Shown here: positions 19,917 through 30,168 of the stretch, piece after piece
Layout: each line of letters opens with the position of its first letter
How positions within the stretch are numbered: the first letter of the stretch is position 1
Assembly (NCBI GenBank): GCA_017601345.1
Contig: JAFNIT010000006.1
Span: forward strand, 1-58,915
Length of the DNA: 58,915 nt
Direction: 5' to 3'
Source: Candidatus Brockarchaeota archaeon
GTDB lineage: Archaea > Thermoproteota > EX4484-205 > JAAOZP01
Notes under the pieces: generated by a model
The model's database searches: none
What the model was told of the DNA's origin: nothing
What the model saw: the letters and a program-made list of their open reading frames with translations, nothing else
Made by a program: the position numbers and the translations under genes

Positions 19917-21191
19917 ATGGCTGAGGAACAGTTCTTCCAAATGTTCCTAAGTGGGCTTTGCGAATCGTTAAATAGACTAATCCCTTTAGATTTCGACTCT
20001 TCACCTTTCAAGAGCTCCTATCTTTCCAAATGGTGTTCTTACGGCGAAACATGTAAGCCGGATGGAGCCGTAGTTGCCTGTGACGGGAGCATTAGCGAAT
20101 CCAGCTTCTCCGGGGGCTTAGTCATCTGGACTGCGAGGGCTGTAGCACATGTTTACTCGGAAGAAGGTAGACCCGATAGCCTTATGGAGGCTGGTGTGGA
20201 GGCGGGCTATAGGCTTCAAGGCCGACAATTTTTCCTAAGGCTTCTTGAGCTTAGAACGCTGAGACGGGCTTTAGAAAAAGCTTCACAATCGCACGAAAGG
20301 GTTTTCGGTATTTTCGACGGAAGCCTCTATCTTACTTTTCTCCACAATAGGAACCGCTTGAGAGTTTACTCAAGGTTATTCGAAAATTACGTCAGGGAGC
20401 TGACTCTTCTTTTGAAGCTTGTCGACGAGAAAAAGATTGTTGTCGGCATCTGCAAGGATAGTGACATAAGTTATCTCAGGGCTAAGATAATGGTTGACAT
20501 CTTGCATAGCCTAGACCCTGAGCTGGCTGCTGAGGCAAGGGGAAGAAGCATACGAAGGATTCGGGAAGTGTTAAGCGAAAGGATTAAGGATTCGACTCAG
20601 GATTTGTTGAAAGCCTGCTTAAAGGAGTTGGAGCAGGATTTTTCAGATGAAGGTGTTTACAGCGAGATAGCGCCGGGCCCGGGGTTTACGAGGCCTCTCC
20701 TTCTTGCGCCACAGACGATTTTTCTAACCAGTGAGACTGGGTCAACAGACTGGTGGGACTCAAGATTCAGAACTCGCCTTGAGAAGGATAACGGGCTAAA
20801 AGGGGTTCTTAGGGCACTTGACGAATACTTTTCAAGCCCTCCAGTAGCGTTAACATATTGGAGACCCAAGATTAGCTTCAGGGTCTACAGGGTTGACGTG
20901 CCTTCAAGCCTTCTGGGATATAGTGGTGCGAGTGGAAGCCTCTCAGGAGACCTTTTCACGGATGATTCGGGTATTGAAAAGGCAAAAGCAGTATTCGGCG
21001 TGTTAAACCTGCTGTACCAGGAGCCTCATGTTGTTCAACCGCTTGCTGAAGTAGACTGCATCGCCAGGCTCAGCAGGAGCCTCTATAAGGATTCTTACGA
21101 ACCTGTTATAGTTGAAGAGTTGAGGAGAAGAGGTTTTAAAGCAAGTCCTAGAAGGAGAAGCATTAGGAATATTGTGTTAAGGGGATATTAA
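19917..21191 (+). CDS. nurA: NurA-family nuclease
   Basis: VVACDGS, GIFDGSL, VGICKDS, C-terminal PLAEVD; coupled to HerA. Confidence 0.8.
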   Translation: MAEEQFFQMFLSGLCESLNRLIPLDFDSSPFKSSYLSKWCSYGETCKPDGAVVACDGSISESSFSGGLVIWTARAVAHVYSEEGRPDSLMEAGVEAGYRLQGRQFFLRLLELRTLRRALEKASQSHERVFGIFDGSLYLTFLHNRNRLRVYSRLFENYVRELTLLLKLVDEKKIVVGICKDSDISYLRAKIMVDILHSLDPELAAEARGRSIRRIREVLSERIKDSTQDLLKACLKELEQDFSDEGVYSEIAPGPGFTRPLLLAPQTIFLTSETGSTDWWDSRFRTRLEKDNGLKGVLRALDEYFSSPPVALTYWRPKISFRVYRVDVPSSLLGYSGASGSLSGDLFTDDSGIEKAKAVFGVLNLLYQEPHVVQPLAEVDCIARLSRSLYKDSYEPVIVEELRRRGFKASPRRRSIRNIVLRGY

Positions 21192-22744
21192 TGGAGCCGC
21201 TTGGTAGAGTAATAGAGGAATCCACGCCTTTCCGATTCGTCTTCAAGACGGGCATCGATAATCCAATAGCTCTCCATGATTACGTCTTTGTTGAAGTTAA
21301 CAACGTTGAGGATGGAAAAGTCAGTAAAGAAAGGGTTCTTGCCGAAGTCGTAGGTTTAGGTTCTAAGAACCCCATGGCTACGGAAAGGCTTGTTGCAGAG
21401 CAGCAAGTATCAACATATTCTTATAAGCTCGTCTTAGCCGAAGTCATAGGTTACCTTAAAGACGGTAGGATAATCAGACCAAAGGTGGCTCCTGACCCTA
21501 ATTCCCCTGTCTACAGAGCAGACGACGAGCTTCTCCAAGCCTTCTTCTCAGGAATCAATAGTAGAATACCTTTGAAAGTAGCAGCGTTACTTAACAGGCC
21601 TGGGATAAGTGTTCCAATACACCTTCAAGACCTCCAGTTTCACCTTGGAATTTTCGCCGCAACCAGAGCGGGCAAGTCGTATTTTGCTGGAAAATTAATC
21701 GAGGAGATTCTGATTAATACTCCTTTTCCAGTAGTAGTTATAGATATTCATGCAGACTACGTCATGATGGATAAAAGACAAGACGGGTCTAAACATGGTG
21801 ACTTCAACGTTATCGTCTACTATCCGCCTAAAGCACCTAGGATTAGTGGCGTGACAGCAGAGCAGAAAGAGCTCAAGTTAAGCCCGGAGAAACTGACCCA
21901 TGAAGCTTTGGCAATGCTCCTAGGCGCAACATTGGGTGAGAGACAGAGAATAATATTGAGAAGAATATTGAAGAAGCTAAAATCCGAGAAGAAAGCTTTC
22001 GGTCTCAATGATGTAATTGCTCAAATAACTGAGGAGTTGAATAAAACAGATGAGAAGGGGGAATATTTGCTAAAAAGAGATGAAAGAGCGAGGTATGAAA
22101 GCCTACGCGATAGACTGGAGGATTTAGGAGAAGATATTTCCCTTCCCCCTACTGGAATGGATGTTTCCGAATTGCTCCAGCCTAAAACCCTGAGCGTAAT
22201 CTGCTTGAACGGCCTACGTTCTAAAGTCCAAGATGCGTATGCGAGTATAATCATTGAAATGCTTTTCAAACACCAAGTTTCAAGTAAGGATGAAAAGAAT
22301 TTCATGCCAGTTTTCCTCTTCATAGAAGAAGCACATAGAATAGCGTCCGGAGAAGGTGGAGGGTACGCTGTAAGAACTATATCAACAGCAATAAGGGAGG
22401 GATCGAAGTTCGGTCTCTTCATAGTTTTAATAAGCCAGCGGCCCAGGAACATCGATCCAGATATTTTAAGCAACGTAGGTAACTATGCAGTAATGCGCAT
22501 CACTAATCAACAGGACCAGAGCGTCATAGAGAATGCTAGCGAAAGCTTCTCACACCGGCTTATAGAAGACCTACCTGGGTTAAACCAGGGCGAGGTGGTA
22601 CTCGTAGGACCCTTCGTACCGCTTCCAGCGCATGTTAAAACATTAGAAAGGAAGACGATTCATCATGGAGTTACACCAGAATTAAGCGTTTTAATAAACA
22701 GGATCAATGAGGCGCTTGAACAGAGAGAGAAAAGCAGGTGGTGA
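21191..22744 (+). CDS. herA: HerA-family helicase/ATPase
   Basis: HAS-barrel-like N-terminus, HLGIFAATRAGKS, DIHADY, FIEEAH, REGSKFG, SQRP. Confidence 0.9.
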   Translation: MEPLGRVIEESTPFRFVFKTGIDNPIALHDYVFVEVNNVEDGKVSKERVLAEVVGLGSKNPMATERLVAEQQVSTYSYKLVLAEVIGYLKDGRIIRPKVAPDPNSPVYRADDELLQAFFSGINSRIPLKVAALLNRPGISVPIHLQDLQFHLGIFAATRAGKSYFAGKLIEEILINTPFPVVVIDIHADYVMMDKRQDGSKHGDFNVIVYYPPKAPRISGVTAEQKELKLSPEKLTHEALAMLLGATLGERQRIILRRILKKLKSEKKAFGLNDVIAQITEELNKTDEKGEYLLKRDERARYESLRDRLEDLGEDISLPPTGMDVSELLQPKTLSVICLNGLRSKVQDAYASIIIEMLFKHQVSSKDEKNFMPVFLFIEEAHRIASGEGGGYAVRTISTAIREGSKFGLFIVLISQRPRNIDPDILSNVGNYAVMRITNQQDQSVIENASESFSHRLIEDLPGLNQGEVVLVGPFVPLPAHVKTLERKTIHHGVTPELSVLINRINEALEQREKSRW

Positions 22745-24015
22745 AATTGAAAATAGGGGTTTTGGCTGACACTCACGTAGGCAGAAGAATACCGATTGAA
22801 ATAGGCGAGCTCAGGAGACGTGCTTATCGCCATGCTTTCACGCAATCCATAAACATTTTCATCGAGGAGGGTGTTGACTATGTTATTCACGCGGGAGACC
22901 TTTTTGAGAAACGCAGCATGACCTCAGAGGACAGTGTTTTTGTAAAGGAGGAGTTTCAGCGACTTGTAAATTCTATTAAAGAAAAACATGGCAAGGAGGT
23001 TTCAATATTCGTCGTCAGGGGGAATCATGATGGCAGTTACGACAATAACGCTCTGGATTTTGTGAAACATCCGTTGGCAAAATACCTTAAGGTGGTGGGG
23101 GAGGCTCTAGCTAGAGGAGAAGAAGAGTTTTACGTGGATGGGGAAATCATGTTGACCGGCATGCCTTACCATACGTATGTTTCACGTGTTTTCAAGGATG
23201 TTAAGCCATTGATCGAGAAACTATTTAAGACGAAGGATTACCTTAAGATTTTCCTAATGCACAATTTCATTCAAGGGCATCACGACATTCCGCCTGGGAC
23301 GCCTCCGCATAACTTTCTGAGCATCAAGGATTTTGAAGGACTGGGTGTAAACATCGTTGTAGCAGGACATTTCCATACGAAAGCTGGACCATTTGAAGAA
23401 AACGGCATTGTCTTCCTGACTCCAGGAGCAACGGAGGCTATAGATCTATCTGATGAAGGGCCTTTTGGAGTATACATTTTAGAGCCAGGTGTTAAACCCA
23501 GATTCGTTAAAATAAGGCCGTTGCACGAAATACGCAATTCTAAAGTGGACTCTATGGAAACAGTGAAACCTAAGGAGTGGTATGTAGAAAATGCTTTGAA
23601 AGAAGCAAACGCTTATTGCTCGTATCTAAAGGAGAAAAAGGCTGATGGGCTACTAAGAATCGTAATATCAGGATATTTAGAAGAAGGAGACCCGTCGATT
23701 ATAAATTCGGCTTTGAAAGAAGAATTGTCGAAATTGACAAGTCAAACCGGACTATTATATGTGGATTTAGTCAACCGCGTCAAAGAGATTCCTCAGAAAA
23801 TAGCGTTTCCGAAAATGGGTACAGGCCTCGACTACATGGCGACTGCTCTAAAGCCATTGGGGGAAAACATTGGAGAAGCCATGAGTCTTATTGAGGAGAT
23901 AAGTATGGTGCTTGAAGAAAAAGCCAGTCAGAAAACTGGACTACTAACCGAATTAGATAGGTCTCGCTTCGTTAAAAGATGGTTGGAAATATTTGAAAAG
24001 AGTGATGTTAAATGA
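22738..24015 (+). CDS. mre11: Mre11/SbcD metallophosphoesterase nuclease
   Basis: ADTHVG, AGDLFE, RGNHD, MHN, AGHFH motifs. Confidence 0.88.
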   Translation: MVKLKIGVLADTHVGRRIPIEIGELRRRAYRHAFTQSINIFIEEGVDYVIHAGDLFEKRSMTSEDSVFVKEEFQRLVNSIKEKHGKEVSIFVVRGNHDGSYDNNALDFVKHPLAKYLKVVGEALARGEEEFYVDGEIMLTGMPYHTYVSRVFKDVKPLIEKLFKTKDYLKIFLMHNFIQGHHDIPPGTPPHNFLSIKDFEGLGVNIVVAGHFHTKAGPFEENGIVFLTPGATEAIDLSDEGPFGVYILEPGVKPRFVKIRPLHEIRNSKVDSMETVKPKEWYVENALKEANAYCSYLKEKKADGLLRIVISGYLEEGDPSIINSALKEELSKLTSQTGLLYVDLVNRVKEIPQKIAFPKMGTGLDYMATALKPLGENIGEAMSLIEEISMVLEEKASQKTGLLTELDRSRFVKRWLEIFEKSDVK

Positions 24016-26003
24016 GCACTGTAATAGAAAAACTAGTTTTGAAGAATTTTGAAAGATATAGAAGGGTTGAAATAGATTTTTCAGCAGGACTTAATTTAGT
24101 CAGGGGCAGAAACTCAACGGGCAAAACTACGATTCTAAACGCTTTAACGTTCGCGCTTTTCGGAGAAGCCCCAGAAGTAAGACCTAGGCTATTAGTATCT
24201 AGGCTACCTGGATCTGGAGAGATGTCTGTATACGTAAAATTCAGGAGCCCAAGGAGTGGTCAAGTAGTAGAAGTAGAGAGAAGGGGTGGCCTAGATAGAA
24301 ATGGGGATTATAAGACGGAGAGTAGAATGCTTAAAATCGACGGTAAAGCAATACCTGTTGACAGCGAGGAGGTTCTTAAACAAAAAGTTACTGAACTCCT
24401 TGGAATGAGCCTTAGAAGGTTTCTTAACCTTGTCTACGTTAGGCAGGGAGGATTAAACGAAATACTCTCGCCAAACAGGGATCAGATGGATTCAATATTA
24501 GGAATAACTCTAATGAGGGAAGTTCGAGAACAATTTAAAGAGGTATGTAAGGAATTAGAAAGGTTTGAGGGGGAAGATGTTATGACTAAGCTACGAATAT
24601 TAGAAGAGCAAATACCTAAATACGATTCCGACCTAAGTTACGTAAATAAGGATATCGAGAATCTGGAGAATGAGATAAAGGAGTTAAGCGAAACAGTTAG
24701 CAAAGCGGAATCGAAAGAATTAAGCGAGCTCTTGGCAAGCATAAAGGATAGGGACAGTATTGAGCAAGAGTTGAATAAGAACAATTCTAAAATCCAGGCT
24801 TTTCTAGAGCAGACAGGATCCTCGTCAATAATAGAACTTGAAGAGAAATTAAATTCCTGTAGCAAGAAGCTTGAAAATCTAGCATCTAAAAAGAGTTCTC
24901 TAGAGGAAACAGTAAAATACTGGGAGGAAAAATGGTCGGTAACAAGAGCACAGGTGGAGAATTTCAGAAGACAGATTAGGGAGCATAAAGAACTTGCCGA
25001 AAGCGGCTTATCCAAATGCCCCAAATGTGGTCAGGAGATCAATCCATTAATCCTCCAGCGAATACTTAAGGAGGATCAGGCTTTACTAAAAGGACTTGAG
25101 GAAGAAGAGGAAAGCCTGAGGAAGACCGTTGACTCGAACAGGAGTGAATTGAAACAGGTTCTCGACGAACTTAAACAACTTGAAACTAATCATTACAGAC
25201 TAGCCTCTGCGATGAATAGTATAGGCGAGGCTTTGAAAACCGTGAAGGAGCTTTTAGATGAGAAGAGCTTAATCTTAGAATTAATAAATAAAAGGTTGAC
25301 TAGTCTAAATCTTCCACTCAAGCCTGAGGATCCGTATTTAGCACTAAAGATAGCTCAACTCCTACCAATTCAGCCTGAAGAGCTGGCGAGGAAAAAGAAA
25401 GACTTGGAGGAGAAGATGAAAACCTTAGAGGAGAAGAAGCGTAGGCGGGATAAAATCCTAGAGGAGGTTGAGAAAGCCAGAGGATTACTCGACAAGCTTA
25501 AGAAAAGGGTTGAAAAGGCGAATCTTGTCAAAACGCTTGCGAAATCTCTTGAGAAAGCAATTGAGGAAAGGAGGCGTGAACTCCTAAGACGGATGGAGTT
25601 CAAGGCATTAGAGTATTACAGGACTATGACTGATCAGCATGTTTACGACGCTATTAGAATAGACCCGGAGGATTACTCCGTCTGGGTTCACCCTCGGGGT
25701 TTAACGGAACCAATACCGGCGAACAGGGTTGGAGGAGGACATCAAACAATAATATCTCTTGCAATACGCCTTGCTCTACTAGACTCCTTAAACCTAAGAT
25801 CCATACTAATACTGGACGAGCCCACCTACGGCGTTGACTCGCAGAACCTGCCTCAAATAGCCAACTACATAGGAGAGGTTTCAAAATATATTTCGCAAAT
25901 GATACTGGTTACTCATCATAGCATATGCGAGGAAGAAGCATCTAATATTATAAACGTAGTCGTACAAGAGGACGGTACTTCTAAAGTTGAACTAGAAGCG
26001 TAA
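24012..26003 (+). CDS. rad50: Rad50/SbcC SMC-like ATPase (short)
   Basis: GRNSTGKTT, YVRQG Q-loop, coiled coils, central CPKC zinc hook, VGGG signature, ILDEPT, VTH. Confidence 0.88.
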   Translation: MSTVIEKLVLKNFERYRRVEIDFSAGLNLVRGRNSTGKTTILNALTFALFGEAPEVRPRLLVSRLPGSGEMSVYVKFRSPRSGQVVEVERRGGLDRNGDYKTESRMLKIDGKAIPVDSEEVLKQKVTELLGMSLRRFLNLVYVRQGGLNEILSPNRDQMDSILGITLMREVREQFKEVCKELERFEGEDVMTKLRILEEQIPKYDSDLSYVNKDIENLENEIKELSETVSKAESKELSELLASIKDRDSIEQELNKNNSKIQAFLEQTGSSSIIELEEKLNSCSKKLENLASKKSSLEETVKYWEEKWSVTRAQVENFRRQIREHKELAESGLSKCPKCGQEINPLILQRILKEDQALLKGLEEEEESLRKTVDSNRSELKQVLDELKQLETNHYRLASAMNSIGEALKTVKELLDEKSLILELINKRLTSLNLPLKPEDPYLALKIAQLLPIQPEELARKKKDLEEKMKTLEEKKRRRDKILEEVEKARGLLDKLKKRVEKANLVKTLAKSLEKAIEERRRELLRRMEFKALEYYRTMTDQHVYDAIRIDPEDYSVWVHPRGLTEPIPANRVGGGHQTIISLAIRLALLDSLNLRSILILDEPTYGVDSQNLPQIANYIGEVSKYISQMILVTHHSICEEEASNIINVVVQEDGTSKVELEA

Positions 26004-26026
26004 TAAACAGTTTTGATTATATAGAG

Positions 26027-26164
26027 TCAGATTAATATTTCCTCCAATATCTTTCGTAGCTTTGTCTTTTGATACTGTCGCCTTAATCCCAACAGCACAA
26101 ACTGCAACACATAGCTCATTTCAATTGCTAATTCCACCTTCTCTTCCGGATCAAGATTCTCCAT
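26027..26164 (-). other. Possible small ORF or remnant (45 aa, MENLDPEEKVELAIEMS...)
   Basis: Manual translation; below the ORF-track cut-off; protein-like N-terminus. Confidence 0.3.
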
Positions 26165-26316
26165 ACCCCTTTTTTAATACAATTCTCACATTCATTATAG
26201 TATTGTTGAAGGAGCACTAAAAGTTAAGAGCATTCCGCGGTGACAAAACCGGATTCTAGTAAGATAGCAAATTTTTATTAACTTGATGTGTAACATGTTT
26301 ATTAAGATGGGAGAAC

Positions 26317-26590
26317 ATGGCAAAAGAACTTGATCGAATTGCTCCTTATTCATTCCTGATTTTAGGTTTATGCTTAATTTTTATTTTTCTCCCCATGCTT
26401 GTCTCTTACTCTAATGATTTAGAAGATTTGAGAATGCGCTAAAGGAAAATCCTAGGATTGCCCATTTTGCAGAGATAGTGACTATTAGGGCGTTATATGA
26501 TACATTACTCTCCATAGTTCTTCTGAGGTTGAGTACGATTTGCAAAGGTTACTTGAGTATGAAACCGGAAATCGAAGACAAATTTTGAGA
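26317..26590 (+). pseudogene. Possible frameshifted small membrane protein
   Basis: MAKELDRIAPYSFLILGLCLIFIFLPML... stops after 41 aa; another frame continues NALKENPRIAHF...EDKF. Confidence 0.3.
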
Positions 26591-26888
26591 ATCGCCCGTT
26601 TACTAAAAAAGTTTAGGCTTCAAGCTATAGTACAATATTTTTCGTCTTCATAGAGATAATAGTGACTATACTTGATTTAATGAACGAAGTAGCGGTTAAC
26701 ATCGCTTTTTACACCACCATCTTTAAAAGGATATGACGTGTTACTCTTCACACTGTCGAAGCCGTTTCTTTTAATCGCATCCATTGCAGTAATTACGTTT
26801 GCAATAACGATCCTTTATTTTTACTTTGATAAGGTCTCCGAAGGTGGAAAAAGATGAAAAAGATCAACTAGCATTTTTGAACGTTGTT

Positions 26889-27071
26889 TCATATTTTTGA
26901 TGCTTGTTCTCCTCGTACTCCCCAGTTGCTTTTAGGCACATCGTGGATGATTATATTAAGCCATTCAGGTTTAACACCTATTTCCTCGAACGCTCTTGTT
27001 ATTCCTTTTATGAGCTTCTCCTTCTGCTCTTCAGTGCGCCCCTCCCACATTTCGACTATGACTACGGGCAT
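26889..27071 (-). CDS. 4-oxalocrotonate tautomerase family protein
   Basis: Catalytic Pro after Met, GRTEEQKEKLI, WGVRG; GGTGA SD 6 nt upstream. Confidence 0.93.
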   Translation of the reverse strand: MPVVIVEMWEGRTEEQKEKLIKGITRAFEEIGVKPEWLNIIIHDVPKSNWGVRGEQASKI

Positions 27072-27123
27072 TTTCCATCACCACTTTCCTTTGCAATTCG
27101 ATTTTAAAAGGGTTTCCTATTTT

Positions 27124-27957
27124 TTAAGAAACCGGAATCTCTAATACAGAATGGTACATTGTCTCTTCCCATTCGGCATAAGGGAAGTGGGCTTCAATAA
27201 CGTGGACGCCTTCTTCACTGAACGTATACTGGTATTCTGATTGAATTATGTCGCCAGCTTTTAAAACGCGTTCCTGAATAACTTGAATACATATTTTTTC
27301 AGGGTCATAACATATTGGAAAGAGCTCGATCCTACGGCCACTAGGAGTCTGAAGGTATATTTTAAAGTCTGGAGAACAAGGCGTTGGTGAAGAATAGTGG
27401 AAATCCTTCTTCATGAGGTTTACAGCTACCGAATATATTTTCAATGTCTCGCCTTTGTTAACAGTAAGCTTATCCGTTTTTAGGTAGAAAATTATGTCTT
27501 GAAAACCCGATGGGAAGCCGCTAGTTTCACGCAACAAGTGGTGGAGATAAGCGAGTTCTTTAGGCGGCTTTTCGCTAACATCAGTCCAATAATAGTTTAT
27601 TGACTTGCCCCTGTCGTAAATAGTCAGGTTGTAAATGAAATAGTCCACTGCACCCTCCTCAGGCTTAAGCTCTAAACCATCAGGATATTTTTCGAGAAGA
27701 AGACTCATCCTGCTCGTTAATTCATCCAGTACAAAGCTTGGTATTAATGCCGAGCTGTTTCGTCTCTTAGCAAATACAGCCCCGTCCGAGTAATACTCGC
27801 ATGTCTCACAAACGCCCCAGAATCCTCCTGAAAATGTCAGCTCCATTATTTTCTCAGGCTTTTTCTGGGAGCCGAAAAACATGACAATTATCCCACTGAT
27901 TATCACCATTGCCAGCCAGATGAATGCGTAAAGCCCTATCCTGCTCATGAAAATCAT
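27124..27957 (-). CDS. Membrane-anchored protein with possible emfourin-like and BsuPI-like domains
   Basis: N-terminal TM; SGGFWG...AVDYFIYNLTI; LKTDKLTVNKGETLKI...CIQVIQERVLKAGD. Confidence 0.55.
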   Translation of the reverse strand: MIFMSRIGLYAFIWLAMVIISGIIVMFFGSQKKPEKIMELTFSGGFWGVCETCEYYSDGAVFAKRRNSSALIPSFVLDELTSRMSLLLEKYPDGLELKPEEGAVDYFIYNLTIYDRGKSINYYWTDVSEKPPKELAYLHHLLRETSGFPSGFQDIIFYLKTDKLTVNKGETLKIYSVAVNLMKKDFHYSSPTPCSPDFKIYLQTPSGRRIELFPICYDPEKICIQVIQERVLKAGDIIQSEYQYTFSEEGVHVIEAHFPYAEWEETMYHSVLEIPVS

Positions 27958-28067
27958 TCTAAAACAGTAATATATAATGCTAGATTTTCGAACAGTATTT
28001 CTAGGCTTTTAAAGTACTGCTTTTTGAACTAAAAGATTTATTTTCAACAACTTATTTTTTTCTTAAA

Positions 28068-29117
28068 ATGACCAATCAAGAGGAGAATAAAAAAGACGTG
28101 TTTTCAGCCTTAGAGGGGTTAACTAAGGTTGTTGAACTCAAGACTAACGTAGGCTCAGCATTAGTTACAGAATATGGTGCTAGAATACTTGGAGTGTTTA
28201 TAGGAGAGAGGCCGAATCCCTTTTGGACTGCCAGGAACCCGCAGGAAGTTATTCGCAATAGGGATTGGAACATCGGGGGGAACAGGCTTTGGATATCCCC
28301 GGAGAGAAACTTCTACTATAGAAAACCCGAGAAATTTGAGGAATGGTTTTGCCAATCTGCTTTAGACCCCGGAAACTGGCGCATAATTAGTTGCGGAGAG
28401 AAAAACGTAACTCTGGAAGAGGAAGTTGAACTCAAAGACTTCCTGAACAATATTAGTCTACACATGTTACTTTCAAGGCAAATCTCCGCCTCAGGTACAC
28501 AGCTTAAGAAAAACTTAGTGTACATGAGGCTCTGGGTTAAGGATGCTATTATTGTAAAGGGGGATTTGAAGAATGGAGTTAACCTCTGGGCTTTAACTCA
28601 AATACGGCCCGGAGAGGACAGAGGCGGTACTGCAATAATACCTACGCGTCGAAAAGCTAGGCCCATACATTATTTTAGAGAAATACCTAAGAACAGACTG
28701 AGAACCTCTAAAGACCATGTCTCGTTTAGAATAGATGGTTTAGAGGTTTACAAGCTTGGCATAGCTCCAGAAGATACTTTTCAAGAAGGGTGTTCAATCA
28801 TACTCTATTATGTTGAGCATGGAAGAGAAGTCTTTCTACTGTCGATGAAAACCATGATGGCGCCTACAACTCAAGAGGAGTGTCTGGATGTTGCTAAAGC
28901 AAACCCTTCTGGTCCTAAAGGATGCATACAATCTTATAACTCCGGACCAGACCTGTGTTTTGGCGAAATGGAGTTGCATTTTAAACCAGTAGTAAGGGTT
29001 AAAGACTCTTGGATATCTTATGCTGATTACGAAATAGATATTTTTGCTGGAAGTCGTGGAGAGATCTTAGGGGTTTTGAGGAAAACCATTCCAAAACCAT
29101 TCTTATTTCAGTGTTAA
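28068..29117 (+). CDS. Galactose-mutarotase-like beta-sandwich protein (DUF6786/DUF4380-like)
   Basis: YGARILG, WNIGGNRLWISPE, IQSYNSG, FGEMELH. Confidence 0.6.
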   Translation: MTNQEENKKDVFSALEGLTKVVELKTNVGSALVTEYGARILGVFIGERPNPFWTARNPQEVIRNRDWNIGGNRLWISPERNFYYRKPEKFEEWFCQSALDPGNWRIISCGEKNVTLEEEVELKDFLNNISLHMLLSRQISASGTQLKKNLVYMRLWVKDAIIVKGDLKNGVNLWALTQIRPGEDRGGTAIIPTRRKARPIHYFREIPKNRLRTSKDHVSFRIDGLEVYKLGIAPEDTFQEGCSIILYYVEHGREVFLLSMKTMMAPTTQEECLDVAKANPSGPKGCIQSYNSGPDLCFGEMELHFKPVVRVKDSWISYADYEIDIFAGSRGEILGVLRKTIPKPFLFQC

Positions 29118-29215
29118 ACTAAAAAAATTGACGCGTGCTTTCAAAAAGTGATCGACGCTTTATCGCGGGAAGGTTTAAAAGAAATTTCAACTCAATGGGA
29201 TAATGTGCCAAAGGT

Positions 29216-30070
29216 TTGAGTAGTGGTAAAGAATTGGAGGAAATATACAGAGTTATGCCGTGGCCCGAAGACCCTTGGAGCAAAGAGGGGAGGTCAAGGT
29301 ATGAAGAGGGTCTTAGAAGATTCGAGAAGCTTACTTCGCATGAGTGGGTGAACTCGATGATCTCAAAAAAAGATTGTATACGTATAATTGATGCTTGCGG
29401 AGGCACAGGCATAGGTGGAATAGCCTTGGCAAAAGCCTTGGTAAAGTATGGGAGAAGTATAGAGCTAACAATAACGGACCTTAGGAAGACAGCTTTGCGA
29501 AAAGCCGTCAAATTCGGCAAGGAAGTCGGGATAAAAGTTAATGTTGAATATATTGATGCGCTCAAAATCCATGAAACCGATAGGGAATACGATATAGGGC
29601 TTCTTTACGGCAACTCTGCACCGCACTTCAATCCTTGGAGACTAATCAGGTTCTTGGCTTCAGCATCAAGCTCAATAATTGAAGATGGTATCTTCATACT
29701 TGATGAAGTGGACAGAATCTACATGTTTCTAGTTCAGGGATACCGGCTTGTGCTTCCTGACGAAGCCTCTAAGGAGAGAGCTGTAATAAGCATGCACAGC
29801 CATTATGACCCGATAACTGGTGAGATTAGGCGTTTAGAGCTCGACCTCGTGAAAAGAAAGAGCGCAGAATTACCATTATACTTCTGGGGACTAGCGGAAT
29901 TAATGTCCATTGCCTGGCTTTTCTTCGAAGATATTGACTTCCTAAGAGACGAGGATAGTAAGGGGGGACAATGTAGGGGACTAATATTGGCACATAAACC
30001 AAGGAAAAGGATTACTCCAAGCGATCTTATCCGTCATCCTAGAGTGTTATCAGAAATTAAGGGTCCTTAG
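29216..30070 (+). CDS. Class I SAM-dependent methyltransferase
   Basis: IIDACGGTGIGG motif I, ITDL, DA, DGIFILD. Confidence 0.85.
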   Translation: MSSGKELEEIYRVMPWPEDPWSKEGRSRYEEGLRRFEKLTSHEWVNSMISKKDCIRIIDACGGTGIGGIALAKALVKYGRSIELTITDLRKTALRKAVKFGKEVGIKVNVEYIDALKIHETDREYDIGLLYGNSAPHFNPWRLIRFLASASSSIIEDGIFILDEVDRIYMFLVQGYRLVLPDEASKERAVISMHSHYDPITGEIRRLELDLVKRKSAELPLYFWGLAELMSIAWLFFEDIDFLRDEDSKGGQCRGLILAHKPRKRITPSDLIRHPRVLSEIKGP

Positions 30071-30168
30071 GATTAGTGTCTTTAGAGATAGGAATGATTT
30101 TATTTACTGTTAGAGTTAGAAAAGGTTGGAAAATTTTAGGAAGAAAAAGAGGAAGGGGTTTAGTGTTT

